The notes under the pieces are model-generated. The model was not told where the DNA came from, ran no database searches, and saw only the letters and a list, made by a program, of their open reading frames with translations. From Candidatus Multivoradales bacterium (lineage in GTDB: Bacteria; Acidobacteriota; Thermoanaerobaculia; Multivoradales; Multivoraceae), in contig CBDCWI010000002.1 in NCBI GenBank assembly GCA_965223325.1, positions 2,400,001 through 2,464,000 on the forward strand: a stretch of DNA of 64,000 nt, read 5' to 3'. This document shows positions 18,428-27,614 of the stretch, piece after piece (within the stretch, counting starts at the first letter, position 1; every line of letters begins with the position of its first letter). A program made the translations under genes and the position numbers.

Positions 18428-19558
18428 TCACCCGTCATGGAGAAACTCACCAAGCGCCTGTTCATAGTCCTCTGCAACCTGATGCCAGCCATACGAGGCG
18501 GCCAGCGCTCGCGCCTTCTCTCGCCGCCCGGCCCAGTCCAGAGGAGTGAGCGCACTAAGTCGCTCGAGCATTCCGCCGGCAGCTTCGGGCGGCGAGACCC
18601 ACCCCGCATCACCAAGATCGATAGTCAAAGCGACGGTCGGACTGACCAATGCCGGCGTGCCGCACGCCAACGCTTCGAGCAATGACATCGACAGCCCTTC
18701 ACTGCGCGACAGCAGCATCAGTAGATCGGCCTCTCGATAGAGCGACCACAAGGAGTCGCCATAGAGCGGATCGAGCACCGTAACCCGCTCGGCGACGCCA
18801 AGTTCAGCGGCCAGCGATTCGAGAGTGGAACGACTCTCTCCCCAATCGACCCCGGCAAATGCCAGGTGCCAGTCGCTGGTAATAGCAATGGCCTTGACCA
18901 TTTGATCGAGGCGTTTGTAGTCGACTTCGAGACGCCCGGCGTAGAGCGCCAGCCTGGCGCCTGCTGGAACGCCCAACTTCTCTCGCCACGCCACCTCCAC
19001 CTCTGCAGGCGAATCGCCCCGTTGCAGGTCGACCCCATTCGCGACCCGTCGCACCGGACCGTCGAAGCCGTACCAACGGACGTCGCGCTCTTCCTTCTCA
19101 TTGAGCGCCATGACACCCAGCGCACCGGCGAGCATTGGTCGCCCGGCCGCCAGCCGGTAGATGCTCTTGAGAACGCGCTTACGTTTTGCCATCTCGGGAG
19201 CGCAGGTGCCATGCGGCGACACGACGTATGACTGCCCCGCCGCTCGCAGGCTGCGGGCCAGAAACAGGTTGCGCGGGGTGAGCACGTTGTGGAGGTGCAC
19301 CACCACATCGTCGGCGTCTCTGAGCCGGGCGACGGCCTTTTTCCAGTCTTTTCCGCGCCCCGACGGAAGCTGATGGGCCACCACACCGCGCCGTTCGACG
19401 GCCGCCTGGCTCCAGTCTCCGCGCCCCGGCCATTCGTCGAAGAACCAGGCTTCGACCTTCTGACCGCGCTCGGCAAGGGCGACTGCGAGTCCCAGGATTG
19501 CTGGGACCGCGCCAGAGCAGGGGCTTACCCCCTCGGGCAGGACATGGACTATCGTCAT
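18428..19558 (-). CDS. Glycosyltransferase family 4
   Basis: VVSPHG, NGVD, YAGRL..KRLD, SRSEGLSMSLLEALACGTP. Confidence 0.9.
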   Translation of the reverse strand: MTIVHVLPEGVSPCSGAVPAILGLAVALAERGQKVEAWFFDEWPGRGDWSQAAVERRGVVAHQLPSGRGKDWKKAVARLRDADDVVVHLHNVLTPRNLFLARSLRAAGQSYVVSPHGTCAPEMAKRKRVLKSIYRLAAGRPMLAGALGVMALNEKEERDVRWYGFDGPVRRVANGVDLQRGDSPAEVEVAWREKLGVPAGARLALYAGRLEVDYKRLDQMVKAIAITSDWHLAFAGVDWGESRSTLESLAAELGVAERVTVLDPLYGDSLWSLYREADLLMLLSRSEGLSMSLLEALACGTPALVSPTVALTIDLGDAGWVSPPEAAGGMLERLSALTPLDWAGRREKARALAASYGWHQVAEDYEQALGEFLHDG

Positions 19559-19699
19559 AGGCGCAAATCGACAGAAAGCCCGGCCGAGAGTCCGGGTTTC
19601 CAAGGAAAACTGCGAGGAGCCCAGCTCCAGTTTAGAGATAGATGGATTGGAACGCAACAGACGGCGAAGTCGGGCGACTGCGCCCGGAGTGCCACCTGG

Positions 19700-20629
19700 A
19701 TGGGTGAGCTCGTTGCGGTGGGCAGACGCGGCCTTCGTTTCGCCCTCGCCTGGCGGCCGCTGGAAGCCCTCGTCCACCGCCGGGCCGCAAGGGCCGGGAA
19801 ATCGCTGATCCTCGTTTATCACCGAATCGGCCCGGCCCAGCTCGAGGAGATCGTGCCGTCGGTGCCCGCAGAGCGCTTCGAGTTTCAGCTCACTACCCTG
19901 GCCCACCTGGGGCACGTTCTGCCCCTTGAACAACTCCTCGACTTCGCGCCCGGGCACAGACCCCGATTCGCCATCACCTTCGATGACGACTATCGAGGGC
20001 ACCTCGCCGCTGCGCTTCCGATTGCCCGGAAGCACGGGATTGAACCAACATTCTTTCTCAACGGGCGCGAGTTCTTTGGCGACGGCCCCTACTGGTGGCA
20101 ACACCTCGAGGCGGCGATTCGCCGCGACGGACTCGCAGCCGTCGCCGAGGCTACGAATGAGCGCGGAGCGTCAACTCGCTTCGAACTCGCCGCCCGCCTC
20201 GAGGTCAACGGGCGGGGCGATGAGCTGCTCCGACCGTTTATCGACCTGCCGACAGACCCTCTCCTCGACTCTGCCCAACTCGCACAGCTCGCTCGCTCCG
20301 CGCGGGTCGGCTTTCACACGCGTCACCATCCCCTGCTCGTCGGCAGGAGCAATGCGACAGTCGAGAGCGCCCTCGTCGAAGGGTGCCCGGAGCTCGCCCG
20401 ACACCTCCAACAGCCACTGGACCAGTTGGCCTACCCCCACGGCAAGATCGACGACGCGGCGCTGGCGGTGGTTCGCCAGCACGGCAACCTGCGGCACGCC
20501 TTCACCGGCGCCGCGCGCACCTGCACGCGACGCTCAGACCCGTTTCAGCTGGCGCGCTGGGACCCGAGCTTCATAACCCAGGGCTTTCGCCGAGAGCTCG
20601 CCCTACGCCTCTTCTTTCGCGCGCTCTGA
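19700..20629 (+). CDS. Polysaccharide deacetylase (CE4/NodB)
   Basis: LVYHRI, ITFDDDY, GFHTRHHP, AYPHG. Start uncertain. Confidence 0.85.
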   Translation: MGELVAVGRRGLRFALAWRPLEALVHRRAARAGKSLILVYHRIGPAQLEEIVPSVPAERFEFQLTTLAHLGHVLPLEQLLDFAPGHRPRFAITFDDDYRGHLAAALPIARKHGIEPTFFLNGREFFGDGPYWWQHLEAAIRRDGLAAVAEATNERGASTRFELAARLEVNGRGDELLRPFIDLPTDPLLDSAQLAQLARSARVGFHTRHHPLLVGRSNATVESALVEGCPELARHLQQPLDQLAYPHGKIDDAALAVVRQHGNLRHAFTGAARTCTRRSDPFQLARWDPSFITQGFRRELALRLFFRAL

Positions 20630-21340
20630 GACAACGTCGGCGTCGTTGCGCACCGCCTCTACCACCCAGAGGGCCGGTCGACCCACTCCAGGCAACACCA
20701 GATCGAGCAATAACCCGAGGATGTTGGTGAGCCACGCCACTGCGGGTACCAGGTAGCGAAGAACGCGCACCCGACGTGCGGTGCCTGCGACGATCCGCCC
20801 GAGGTTGTAGGCAAGAGCGGTTCCGCGACCGCCAACGCCACGAATCGAAAGGGAGAACCCTGACCCAAAGAGCGCCGCCAGCTCCTCCCGGGAGTAGTCC
20901 CGCTCATGCGGTAGCTCCTTTCGCTGGCCACAAGGGACCGTCACGATCGCACACCCACCGGGGCGCAAGACTCGCGCCATCTCGCCCACCAGCCGCTGGT
21001 CGTTGGAGACCTGGTAGAGCGCCTGCGTACAAAGCACCAGGCCCAACGATTGATCGGCGAACGGCAGCGCCTCGCGAGCCAGCACCGAAGGCGTTGTGAA
21101 ATGGCAGTCGATATCGAGCGACCAAAGAGGTCTGGCATCCACCAGCTCAGCGTAGGGACGGGTACCGCAGAACAGATCGAGCACTGGCTTGAGATCGCTG
21201 CCGGCCTCCTCGAGCGCCCCCTCGACTGCCGCAGCCAGCTCGCGCAACTGCAGCGCGTCGGTCTGGAAAAGCGTGGGCGACCGCTTCTCTCGAGCGACTT
21301 CTTCACACCAGGCGCGCGGCATTGGGCTTCTAAGGGTCAC
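20603..21340 (-). CDS. Class I SAM-dependent methyltransferase
   Basis: VLDLFCG, LPFADQS, EMARVLRPGG..TVP. Confidence 0.8.
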   Translation of the reverse strand: MTLRSPMPRAWCEEVAREKRSPTLFQTDALQLRELAAAVEGALEEAGSDLKPVLDLFCGTRPYAELVDARPLWSLDIDCHFTTPSVLAREALPFADQSLGLVLCTQALYQVSNDQRLVGEMARVLRPGGCAIVTVPCGQRKELPHERDYSREELAALFGSGFSLSIRGVGGRGTALAYNLGRIVAGTARRVRVLRYLVPAVAWLTNILGLLLDLVLPGVGRPALWVVEAVRNDADVVSERAKEEA

Positions 21341-21346
21341 GCCGGT

Positions 21347-22381
21347 TTAGTCCCGATCACCGGCCCGTAGCGCGGCCAGCCAGGGCTCAGCACGCGCTCC
21401 CCAGGCATCCGAGCTGCCGGGGTCGGGGCGCCGGGAGATTCCCAGGAGCGCCGCGAACCAGCGCGCTACTGAAGACCTATCGCCCTCGCGCACACAGTCT
21501 CGGTAGAGCTTCATCGCCCCGCGGCGGTCACCGCGGGCCAGTCGATGCCAGGCGATCCAGCGATAGACGAAGGCCCGGTCGACTTTCCCCCCGACCAGCC
21601 GGTGACGGTGGCGCTCTTCGATGCGCAACATCTCCCCCTGCACTCCCTCGGGGTCGAGCGACATGTTGCTGTCGTGTCGCAGGTACCCGACGTCTGGCTC
21701 ATCGATCATCGCCGGCGCTCCGAGCTCGAGCAGGCGGATCCACAGGTCCCAGTCCGCCATGTGATGAAGGCCCCGATCAAAACCTCCCAGGCGCTCGAAC
21801 TCCACGCGGCGCATGAAGACATTCGATGATCCCGCCGGCACCACATTGCGCCGGAGCAAGGTCGTCTCCACCGACGAAGCGGGCGGTGGGCGCGAAACGC
21901 CGAGCACCTCGAGATCCGGATCGATCCACACCGACCCGGAGAAACCCCACGACCGATCGAGCGCGCTCGCGGCCTCGATCTGGCGACTGAGTTTCGCGGG
22001 CGACCAGAGGTCATCGTCGTCGAGAAACGCCAGCCAGGTCCCGGAGGCAGCTGCAGCTCCCCGGTTGCGCGCTGCGGCCACACCGGTCGCGTGCTTCTCG
22101 ACCACCAGGCGGGCGGTCTCGAAGCCCTCGACGATCTCGGCGTTCTGTGCGGCATTGCCAGGCTCTGAGCCGTCGTCGGACACGACGATCTCAACCTCGA
22201 CGCCGATCTGCGCGGCAACGCAGGCAACCGAACGCGCCAGGTATCGCGGACGGTTGTGCGTCGGAATGACGACCGAGACCTCTGGCGGTACGCCCGCTGC
22301 GCCGTGTGAGTCTGCCTGGTTCAAGGAAAGGACGCTCCAAATCGTGCGAGTCCATCGCTCACGGTGCACATGCCGTGCCAC
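21347..22381 (-). CDS. Glycosyltransferase family 2
   Basis: VSVVIPTHNR, DDGS, AARN.G, FLDDDD, DWDLW. Confidence 0.9.
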   Translation of the reverse strand: MARHVHRERWTRTIWSVLSLNQADSHGAAGVPPEVSVVIPTHNRPRYLARSVACVAAQIGVEVEIVVSDDGSEPGNAAQNAEIVEGFETARLVVEKHATGVAAARNRGAAAASGTWLAFLDDDDLWSPAKLSRQIEAASALDRSWGFSGSVWIDPDLEVLGVSRPPPASSVETTLLRRNVVPAGSSNVFMRRVEFERLGGFDRGLHHMADWDLWIRLLELGAPAMIDEPDVGYLRHDSNMSLDPEGVQGEMLRIEERHRHRLVGGKVDRAFVYRWIAWHRLARGDRRGAMKLYRDCVREGDRSSVARWFAALLGISRRPDPGSSDAWGARAEPWLAALRAGDRD

Positions 22382-22515
22382 GCTGGGACGGCTCGCCTCG
22401 TCGCAGCCAACGCCAGAGGGGCTCCTCGTCGGGCATCGGACTTGCTTGACAAAGTGTTCGAATGAGTACGAAGGGGTTCGAATCGCTTCGAATGGTCCGA
22501 ATGATCCGGTAAGAC

Positions 22516-24258
22516 ATGACCACGCAGCTACCAGAACGTCGCAACAACCCCGCGAAACCCGCCGCCAGTCTGGTCGTCCCGACCTTCGAGCGTCGCGAGA
22601 CGGTGGTCAATCTTCTGCGGCACCTCGAGCGGCAAACGACCACCCAGCCCTTCGAGGTCGTGGTCTCGGTCGACGGCTCGTCCGACGGCACCCTGGGAGC
22701 GCTCGCGGAGGTCGACGCGAGCTTCCCAGTGCGGGTGCTCTTTCATCCCAACCACGGTCTGTCGTTTACCCGCAACCGCGGTGCCCGGCGGGCCAGGGCA
22801 CCGGTGATCATCTTTCTCGACGACGACATGACGCCCGATGCTGCCCTGATCGAAGAGCACCTCGCCAGTCACCTGCGCGGTGCAGATGTCGTCCTCGGAG
22901 CGATGCCCCTGGATCCGACGTCGCCCGACAACCTGTTGGCGCGAGGGGTCGGCGTGTGGGGTGATGATCTCGCCGCCCGTCTGCTCGAGAACCCACCGAC
23001 CTGGCGTGATGTGTTCGGCGGCCATCTCTCGGTCAAGAAGGCGGTCTTCGACGCGTTGGGCGGCTTCGACGAGCGCTTTACTCGCCGCGGCACCTACGGG
23101 CACGAGGATCTGGACTTTGGCTACCGGCTGCATGAGCGAGGCCACCGGGTGGTCTTCAACCCCAAGGCCAAGGCCTCGCAGCTGTTCCTCAACAGCGCCG
23201 CGACAGTTCTCTGCCAGTCGTTCGAGAGCGGGCGTGCCGACGTTCATCTGGCCCGCAAACACCCGGCGCTAGTCCCCGAGATCTTCGACCAGGACGACTC
23301 CGAACTCTCGCGCACTGCTCGCTGGCTCGTCGACTTGGCCCCGCCAGTGGCCGCTCTCGTGGTCAGGCTGGCCGGCCCAGCCACCGCGAGCCTGATCGAC
23401 CGCACGAAAAGCGGCGGACTGCGGGCACGATGGTTTCATTTCCTGCGGGCGATCAGACGCTGGCAAGGCGTTCGTCACGCCGGCGGGCGTCCTCGACAGA
23501 ATCCGTTTCGCATCCTCTGCTATCACGCCGTAGAAGACCTCGGCGAGTGCCCGGTGCTCGCCGAGTACGGAATACCGGCGGCCCAACTCGATCGTCACCT
23601 CACCCTGCTCGAAGAGAGCGGCCATCAGATTCTCGATCCTGACGAGGCGCTCGAAGCCCTACTTGGGCGGCGCGGTCTTCCAGAACGCGGGGTTCTCCTG
23701 ACGTTCGACGACTGCTACCGAAGCCTGTCGGAGCACGGGGCCGCCGTCCTCGCCGAGCACGCCGTGCGCGCGCTCGCGTTCGTGGTCACTGGCGAAGTTG
23801 GCGGCTCCAACACCTGGGACGAGAGGCACAACGCCAAGAAGCTAACCCTCATGGACGAGGAGCAGCTTCGGGCCTGGACCGGAGCGGGTCACGCGCTGGG
23901 AGCGCATTCGCGGAGCCACCCTTTGCTCCCGGGTCTCGGAGGCCAACTGAGCTCTGAAGTCGACGGGGCCCTCGATGACCTCGAGGCTCTCGACCTCGGC
24001 GCGAGACGGGTGTTTGCCTACCCACACGGCGGTTACGACCAGCGGGTGCTGGAGCGATGCCGAAAAGCGAAGGTCGAACTCGCATTCAGCGTCGAACCCG
24101 GCCGCGCGCGGCCCGGGAAGCAGCTCCTGCGCGTCCCACGGACAGAGATCATGCGGAGCGCAAGCGACTTCCAGTTCCTCAACTCGGTCAGAGGCCGCGG
24201 CGAAGGTTGGTCACTCGCCAAGGTTCACCTCAAGAGATTCCTACGACGAGGGGTCTGA
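22516..24258 (+). CDS. GT2 glycosyltransferase fused to polysaccharide deacetylase
   Basis: VVPTF, DGSSD, FLDDD, GGFDE..ED; then CYH, LTFDDCY, HSRSHP, FAYPHG. Confidence 0.9.
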   Translation: MTTQLPERRNNPAKPAASLVVPTFERRETVVNLLRHLERQTTTQPFEVVVSVDGSSDGTLGALAEVDASFPVRVLFHPNHGLSFTRNRGARRARAPVIIFLDDDMTPDAALIEEHLASHLRGADVVLGAMPLDPTSPDNLLARGVGVWGDDLAARLLENPPTWRDVFGGHLSVKKAVFDALGGFDERFTRRGTYGHEDLDFGYRLHERGHRVVFNPKAKASQLFLNSAATVLCQSFESGRADVHLARKHPALVPEIFDQDDSELSRTARWLVDLAPPVAALVVRLAGPATASLIDRTKSGGLRARWFHFLRAIRRWQGVRHAGGRPRQNPFRILCYHAVEDLGECPVLAEYGIPAAQLDRHLTLLEESGHQILDPDEALEALLGRRGLPERGVLLTFDDCYRSLSEHGAAVLAEHAVRALAFVVTGEVGGSNTWDERHNAKKLTLMDEEQLRAWTGAGHALGAHSRSHPLLPGLGGQLSSEVDGALDDLEALDLGARRVFAYPHGGYDQRVLERCRKAKVELAFSVEPGRARPGKQLLRVPRTEIMRSASDFQFLNSVRGRGEGWSLAKVHLKRFLRRGV

Positions 24259-25758
24259 CCCCAACCAGTCGAGCGCATCGCGCCTCATCTGTCGACCGCG
24301 TAATGAAACGTCGAGCGACCACCACAGGACGGCAGAAACCAGAAGCCCGCTGGCAAGACAGACGGCAAGCTGCCCGAGGCCAGCAACCGAAGCTTCGAAG
24401 CTTGGGTTGCCGCCGGCCGTTCCATCGATCTCGAAGACCCGCGCCGCCAGCAACCAGGCCACCGCAGAACCACCGAGAGCAGCAGCCGCTACGACCGAAA
24501 GATCTGCCAGGAGGGGCCTCCTCATCACAGCCGTTCGACGATGCGCCAGGTAGCTCCCGGCAGCAGCCGACGCCAGGCCACCGAATAGAAACGCCACCGT
24601 TGGACCGAGCAGGCCCCAGGTCCCGATCAGAGCGACCCCGAGAGCAACGATCACGCCGGCGCGAAGAAGCTGCGCCACCATCTCGGCGCGCGTGTTGTCA
24701 CGCGCACGCAAGGTCGGCACGGCGACATCGGTGGCCAGGCCAATCCACCCCTCGAAGAGCAACAGCGGTAGGAGCGGCAGAATCGGCAACCACGTCGCGC
24801 CGAGCACCAGGAGCACGAGAGGCCCAGCGAGAACGGCGAGCAGCAGGGAGGCCGGGGTAAGAGCCGACCAACCCAGAACCAGCGCGCGCGCCACCGATCG
24901 AGCCGCTAGCTCTGGCTTCGCTGCCAGCCGTGATTGTTCGCTCATCACCACCGAGGAGATCGGGTCGCCAATCAACTCGTTGGGGAGCTGGCCGATGCGC
25001 CGAGCCATGAAGAAAACGCCCAGCGCCCCTGCGCCCAGCGTGCGCGAAACCAGCGACTGAAGGAAGGCGTCGGCTGCTACACCAGCGATCGTCGCCAGCA
25101 GGATGTAACGCCCAAAGCCAACGAACGAGCGCGCCACCTCTCGATCGAAGCGCAGTCGAGGCCAGAGGGGAGCGAGAACGTAGGACGCAGCGATCGCCCC
25201 GAGCCGACCACCCAGGGCGCCCCAGACCAGCGCCCAGGCACCCAGCGACCGGGCCAGAGCGACCGCGATCACGATGTCGAGAACGCTTTCCGAAAGTGCA
25301 GTGAGCACCGTGGGTCGGAAGTCCATCACTCGCCTTCGAAGCACCAGGCCGACGCTCTGAAGCGAAGTCAGAAAGGGGGCGAGCGCAAAAACCGCGATCA
25401 GCGGTTCCGCGTCGGGCTCACCAAACAGGTGGGCGGCAGCCGGTGCAGTGACGACGCCCACCAGCGAGACCAACGCACCGCGGGTCACACCGAGCGTCCA
25501 GGCCACCTGGCCGCGCCGGTCATCGGCGGTCTCCGACTGGACGAGCGCAGCATCGAAACCGAAGTGAGACAGGGCCTCGAAAAGCGAGATAGTGACCACG
25601 GCGGCCGAGAAGAGGCCGAAATCCCTCGGCGCCAACAATCGGGCGAGCACCAGGGTCCTCAAGAGTGAGATTCCGCGCGCCGAAAGCACTCGGCCCATCG
25701 TCCAGGCGAGCCCGCGGCGAACCGTCGAGGGCCGAGCGGGCGGGTTCTCTGTCGTCAT
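24241..25758 (-). CDS. Wzx-type (MOP superfamily) oligosaccharide flippase
   Basis: LARLLAPRDFGL, GFDAALVQ, GAWALV; many hydrophobic helices. Confidence 0.85.
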   Translation of the reverse strand: MTTENPPARPSTVRRGLAWTMGRVLSARGISLLRTLVLARLLAPRDFGLFSAAVVTISLFEALSHFGFDAALVQSETADDRRGQVAWTLGVTRGALVSLVGVVTAPAAAHLFGEPDAEPLIAVFALAPFLTSLQSVGLVLRRRVMDFRPTVLTALSESVLDIVIAVALARSLGAWALVWGALGGRLGAIAASYVLAPLWPRLRFDREVARSFVGFGRYILLATIAGVAADAFLQSLVSRTLGAGALGVFFMARRIGQLPNELIGDPISSVVMSEQSRLAAKPELAARSVARALVLGWSALTPASLLLAVLAGPLVLLVLGATWLPILPLLPLLLFEGWIGLATDVAVPTLRARDNTRAEMVAQLLRAGVIVALGVALIGTWGLLGPTVAFLFGGLASAAAGSYLAHRRTAVMRRPLLADLSVVAAAALGGSAVAWLLAARVFEIDGTAGGNPSFEASVAGLGQLAVCLASGLLVSAVLWWSLDVSLRGRQMRRDALDWLGSDPSS

Positions 25759-25775
25759 GCGGTAGTTCTTGCCGT

Positions 25776-26660
25776 CTAGAGCCACGCCGGCGGCGGTGTT
25801 CCTTCCGCCCTCAGACCGCTCAAGACACCATAGGGCAGGTAGCGCAGGTAGTTCTTGCCCAGCCGTTGGAGCTCCTGGTTGCGGCTCCCGAAACCGCGCA
25901 GCAGAAACCAGGGCGCACGCAGGAGGTCGAGGAACGTGCGGCGAGCGATCACTCCATCGAGCTTTCGCAGATACTTGCCGTAGACCACGCCGAGGCAGAA
26001 GGCATAGCCGCGATAGGTCTCGTCGAGCTCGTCGTGGTCACGCCAGCTCTCATGCCAGACCATGACTGACGGCTCGTAGCGAATCGTGACCCCGTGGCTC
26101 AACAGGCGGTGGCTGAACTCACAGTCTTCTGCCAGGTAGAGCCGCGGATCCTCGTCGAACAACCCAACCTTCTCGAGTACCGACATAGGCATCGCCGAAT
26201 TGTTGCCGAAGTAGGGATCAGAACGCACGCTCGGATGGTCAAACACCTGCGGCTCGAGAGCTGAGCGAGTCGACGGAGCGCTACCGTCGCCGGCCGCTAG
26301 CACGCGACCCGAAACCACGCAGCCATGCTCGAGGAGCAGCTCACGCACGTTGATCGCCCAGCGAGAGTCGACTCGACAGTCGTCGTGGGTAATCGCGACA
26401 AACCGCGTCGACACCTGCGCCAGGGCGCGATTGGTTGCCGTCGCACAGCCCCGTTCGTCGTAGGAGAGGTGCTCGACCACCATCCCGGCCTCGCGCAGCC
26501 GCTCAATCCAGACCGCCGGTTCCCTTCGGGAGCCCTGCTCTGAAACCACCAGGCGTTCGGGCCAGTAGTCGCCCTCGAGAATGGACTCCAAACACCCCTC
26601 GAGCAGCGGCCGACCAAGCGTCGGCAGCACTACCGTCAGGTCGGAAAGAACAGGTTTCAT
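25776..26660 (-). CDS. Glycosyltransferase family 2
   Basis: TVVLPTLGR, THDDC, VGLFDE..AEDCE. Confidence 0.85.
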   Translation of the reverse strand: MKPVLSDLTVVLPTLGRPLLEGCLESILEGDYWPERLVVSEQGSRREPAVWIERLREAGMVVEHLSYDERGCATATNRALAQVSTRFVAITHDDCRVDSRWAINVRELLLEHGCVVSGRVLAAGDGSAPSTRSALEPQVFDHPSVRSDPYFGNNSAMPMSVLEKVGLFDEDPRLYLAEDCEFSHRLLSHGVTIRYEPSVMVWHESWRDHDELDETYRGYAFCLGVVYGKYLRKLDGVIARRTFLDLLRAPWFLLRGFGSRNQELQRLGKNYLRYLPYGVLSGLRAEGTPPPAWL

Positions 26661-26879
26661 CGGCCCAGGGTCCTACGAAGATGGGATCAAAACGAAACAG
26701 ATCCCATTCTCAGTGCACCGACGGTGCCAGAGCGCCAGAGGAGCCACGGAATACCAGGCTTTCCGGCGGCACGCGACGGCCGATCGAAGTCGAAGGGCGC
26801 ACCAGCAGGGCGAACGCCATTGAAAACGGCCCGCCCAGCAGACCGCTTGCGCCGCAAAGGTGATGCTAGTGAGGCCTCA

Positions 26880-27518
26880 CTAGTATTTTCGGAGCAGGCC
26901 CACCACAACGCCCTGGATCTGTAGCTTGTCGGCATCGACGTAGATCGGATCCATCTCCCGGTTCGACGGCTGGAGCCGCACGCGCCGCCCCTCAGGGAAG
27001 AAGCGCTTGAGGGTGACCTCGCTCTCGACCAGAGCGACCACCATCTCACCCTTCTCACCAACTTCACGACTCTGTACGACCACAAAGTCACCGTCGTGAA
27101 TGCCCTCGTCGATCATCGAATCGCCAGCCACCCGCAAGATGTAGTGCTGCTCGGGCTTACCAGCCAGGAGATCCAGCGGTACGCCGAGCGACTCATGACC
27201 ACTGAGCGCCTCGATCGGCCGACCGGCAGCGATTCGCCCGAGAAAGGGCAGGTCCGCTACTCCACCAGCCGCAGCAGAATCCGGCTCCCGCGCGCTCTCC
27301 TGCTCCACCAGCTCGATGCCGCGCTTCTGATGCTGGACCCGGCGCAGGTACCCCTTCTCGCGCAGTAGCTTCAGGTGCTTGTGGACGGTGCCATAGGAGG
27401 AGTAGCCAAACCGCTCGCAGATCTCGCGATGGGTGGGGGCGATTCCGCGCTGGGACTGGAAGTCTTCAATGAAGTCGAGGATCTGGCGCTGGCGTTCGGT
27501 GAGAAAGGAAGGACTCAT
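26880..27518 (-). CDS. lexA: LexA repressor
   Basis: LTERQ..PT.REI wHTH; GRIAAGRP Ala-Gly cleavage site; GDSM (Ser) and TLKR (Lys) catalytic dyad; AGGAG SD. Confidence 0.95.
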   Translation of the reverse strand: MSPSFLTERQRQILDFIEDFQSQRGIAPTHREICERFGYSSYGTVHKHLKLLREKGYLRRVQHQKRGIELVEQESAREPDSAAAGGVADLPFLGRIAAGRPIEALSGHESLGVPLDLLAGKPEQHYILRVAGDSMIDEGIHDGDFVVVQSREVGEKGEMVVALVESEVTLKRFFPEGRRVRLQPSNREMDPIYVDADKLQIQGVVVGLLRKY

Positions 27519-27540
27519 GGCGGGGATCTCCTTAGGAAGA

Positions 27541-27577
27541 TACGCCTACTCTACGCCGTAAGAAAAGCGTAAGTCAA
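27541..27577 (-). promoter_or_regulatory. lexA promoter (TTGACT-N18-TAGAGT) covered by two oppositely oriented TACG-N7-TACG repeats
   Basis: TACGcctactcTACG at 27541-27555 and CGTAagaaaagCGTA at 27557-27571. Confidence 0.7.
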
Positions 27578-27614
27578 CCGCGGTACGAGGTTGCGCGGTC
27601 TGGCTGACCTGTCG

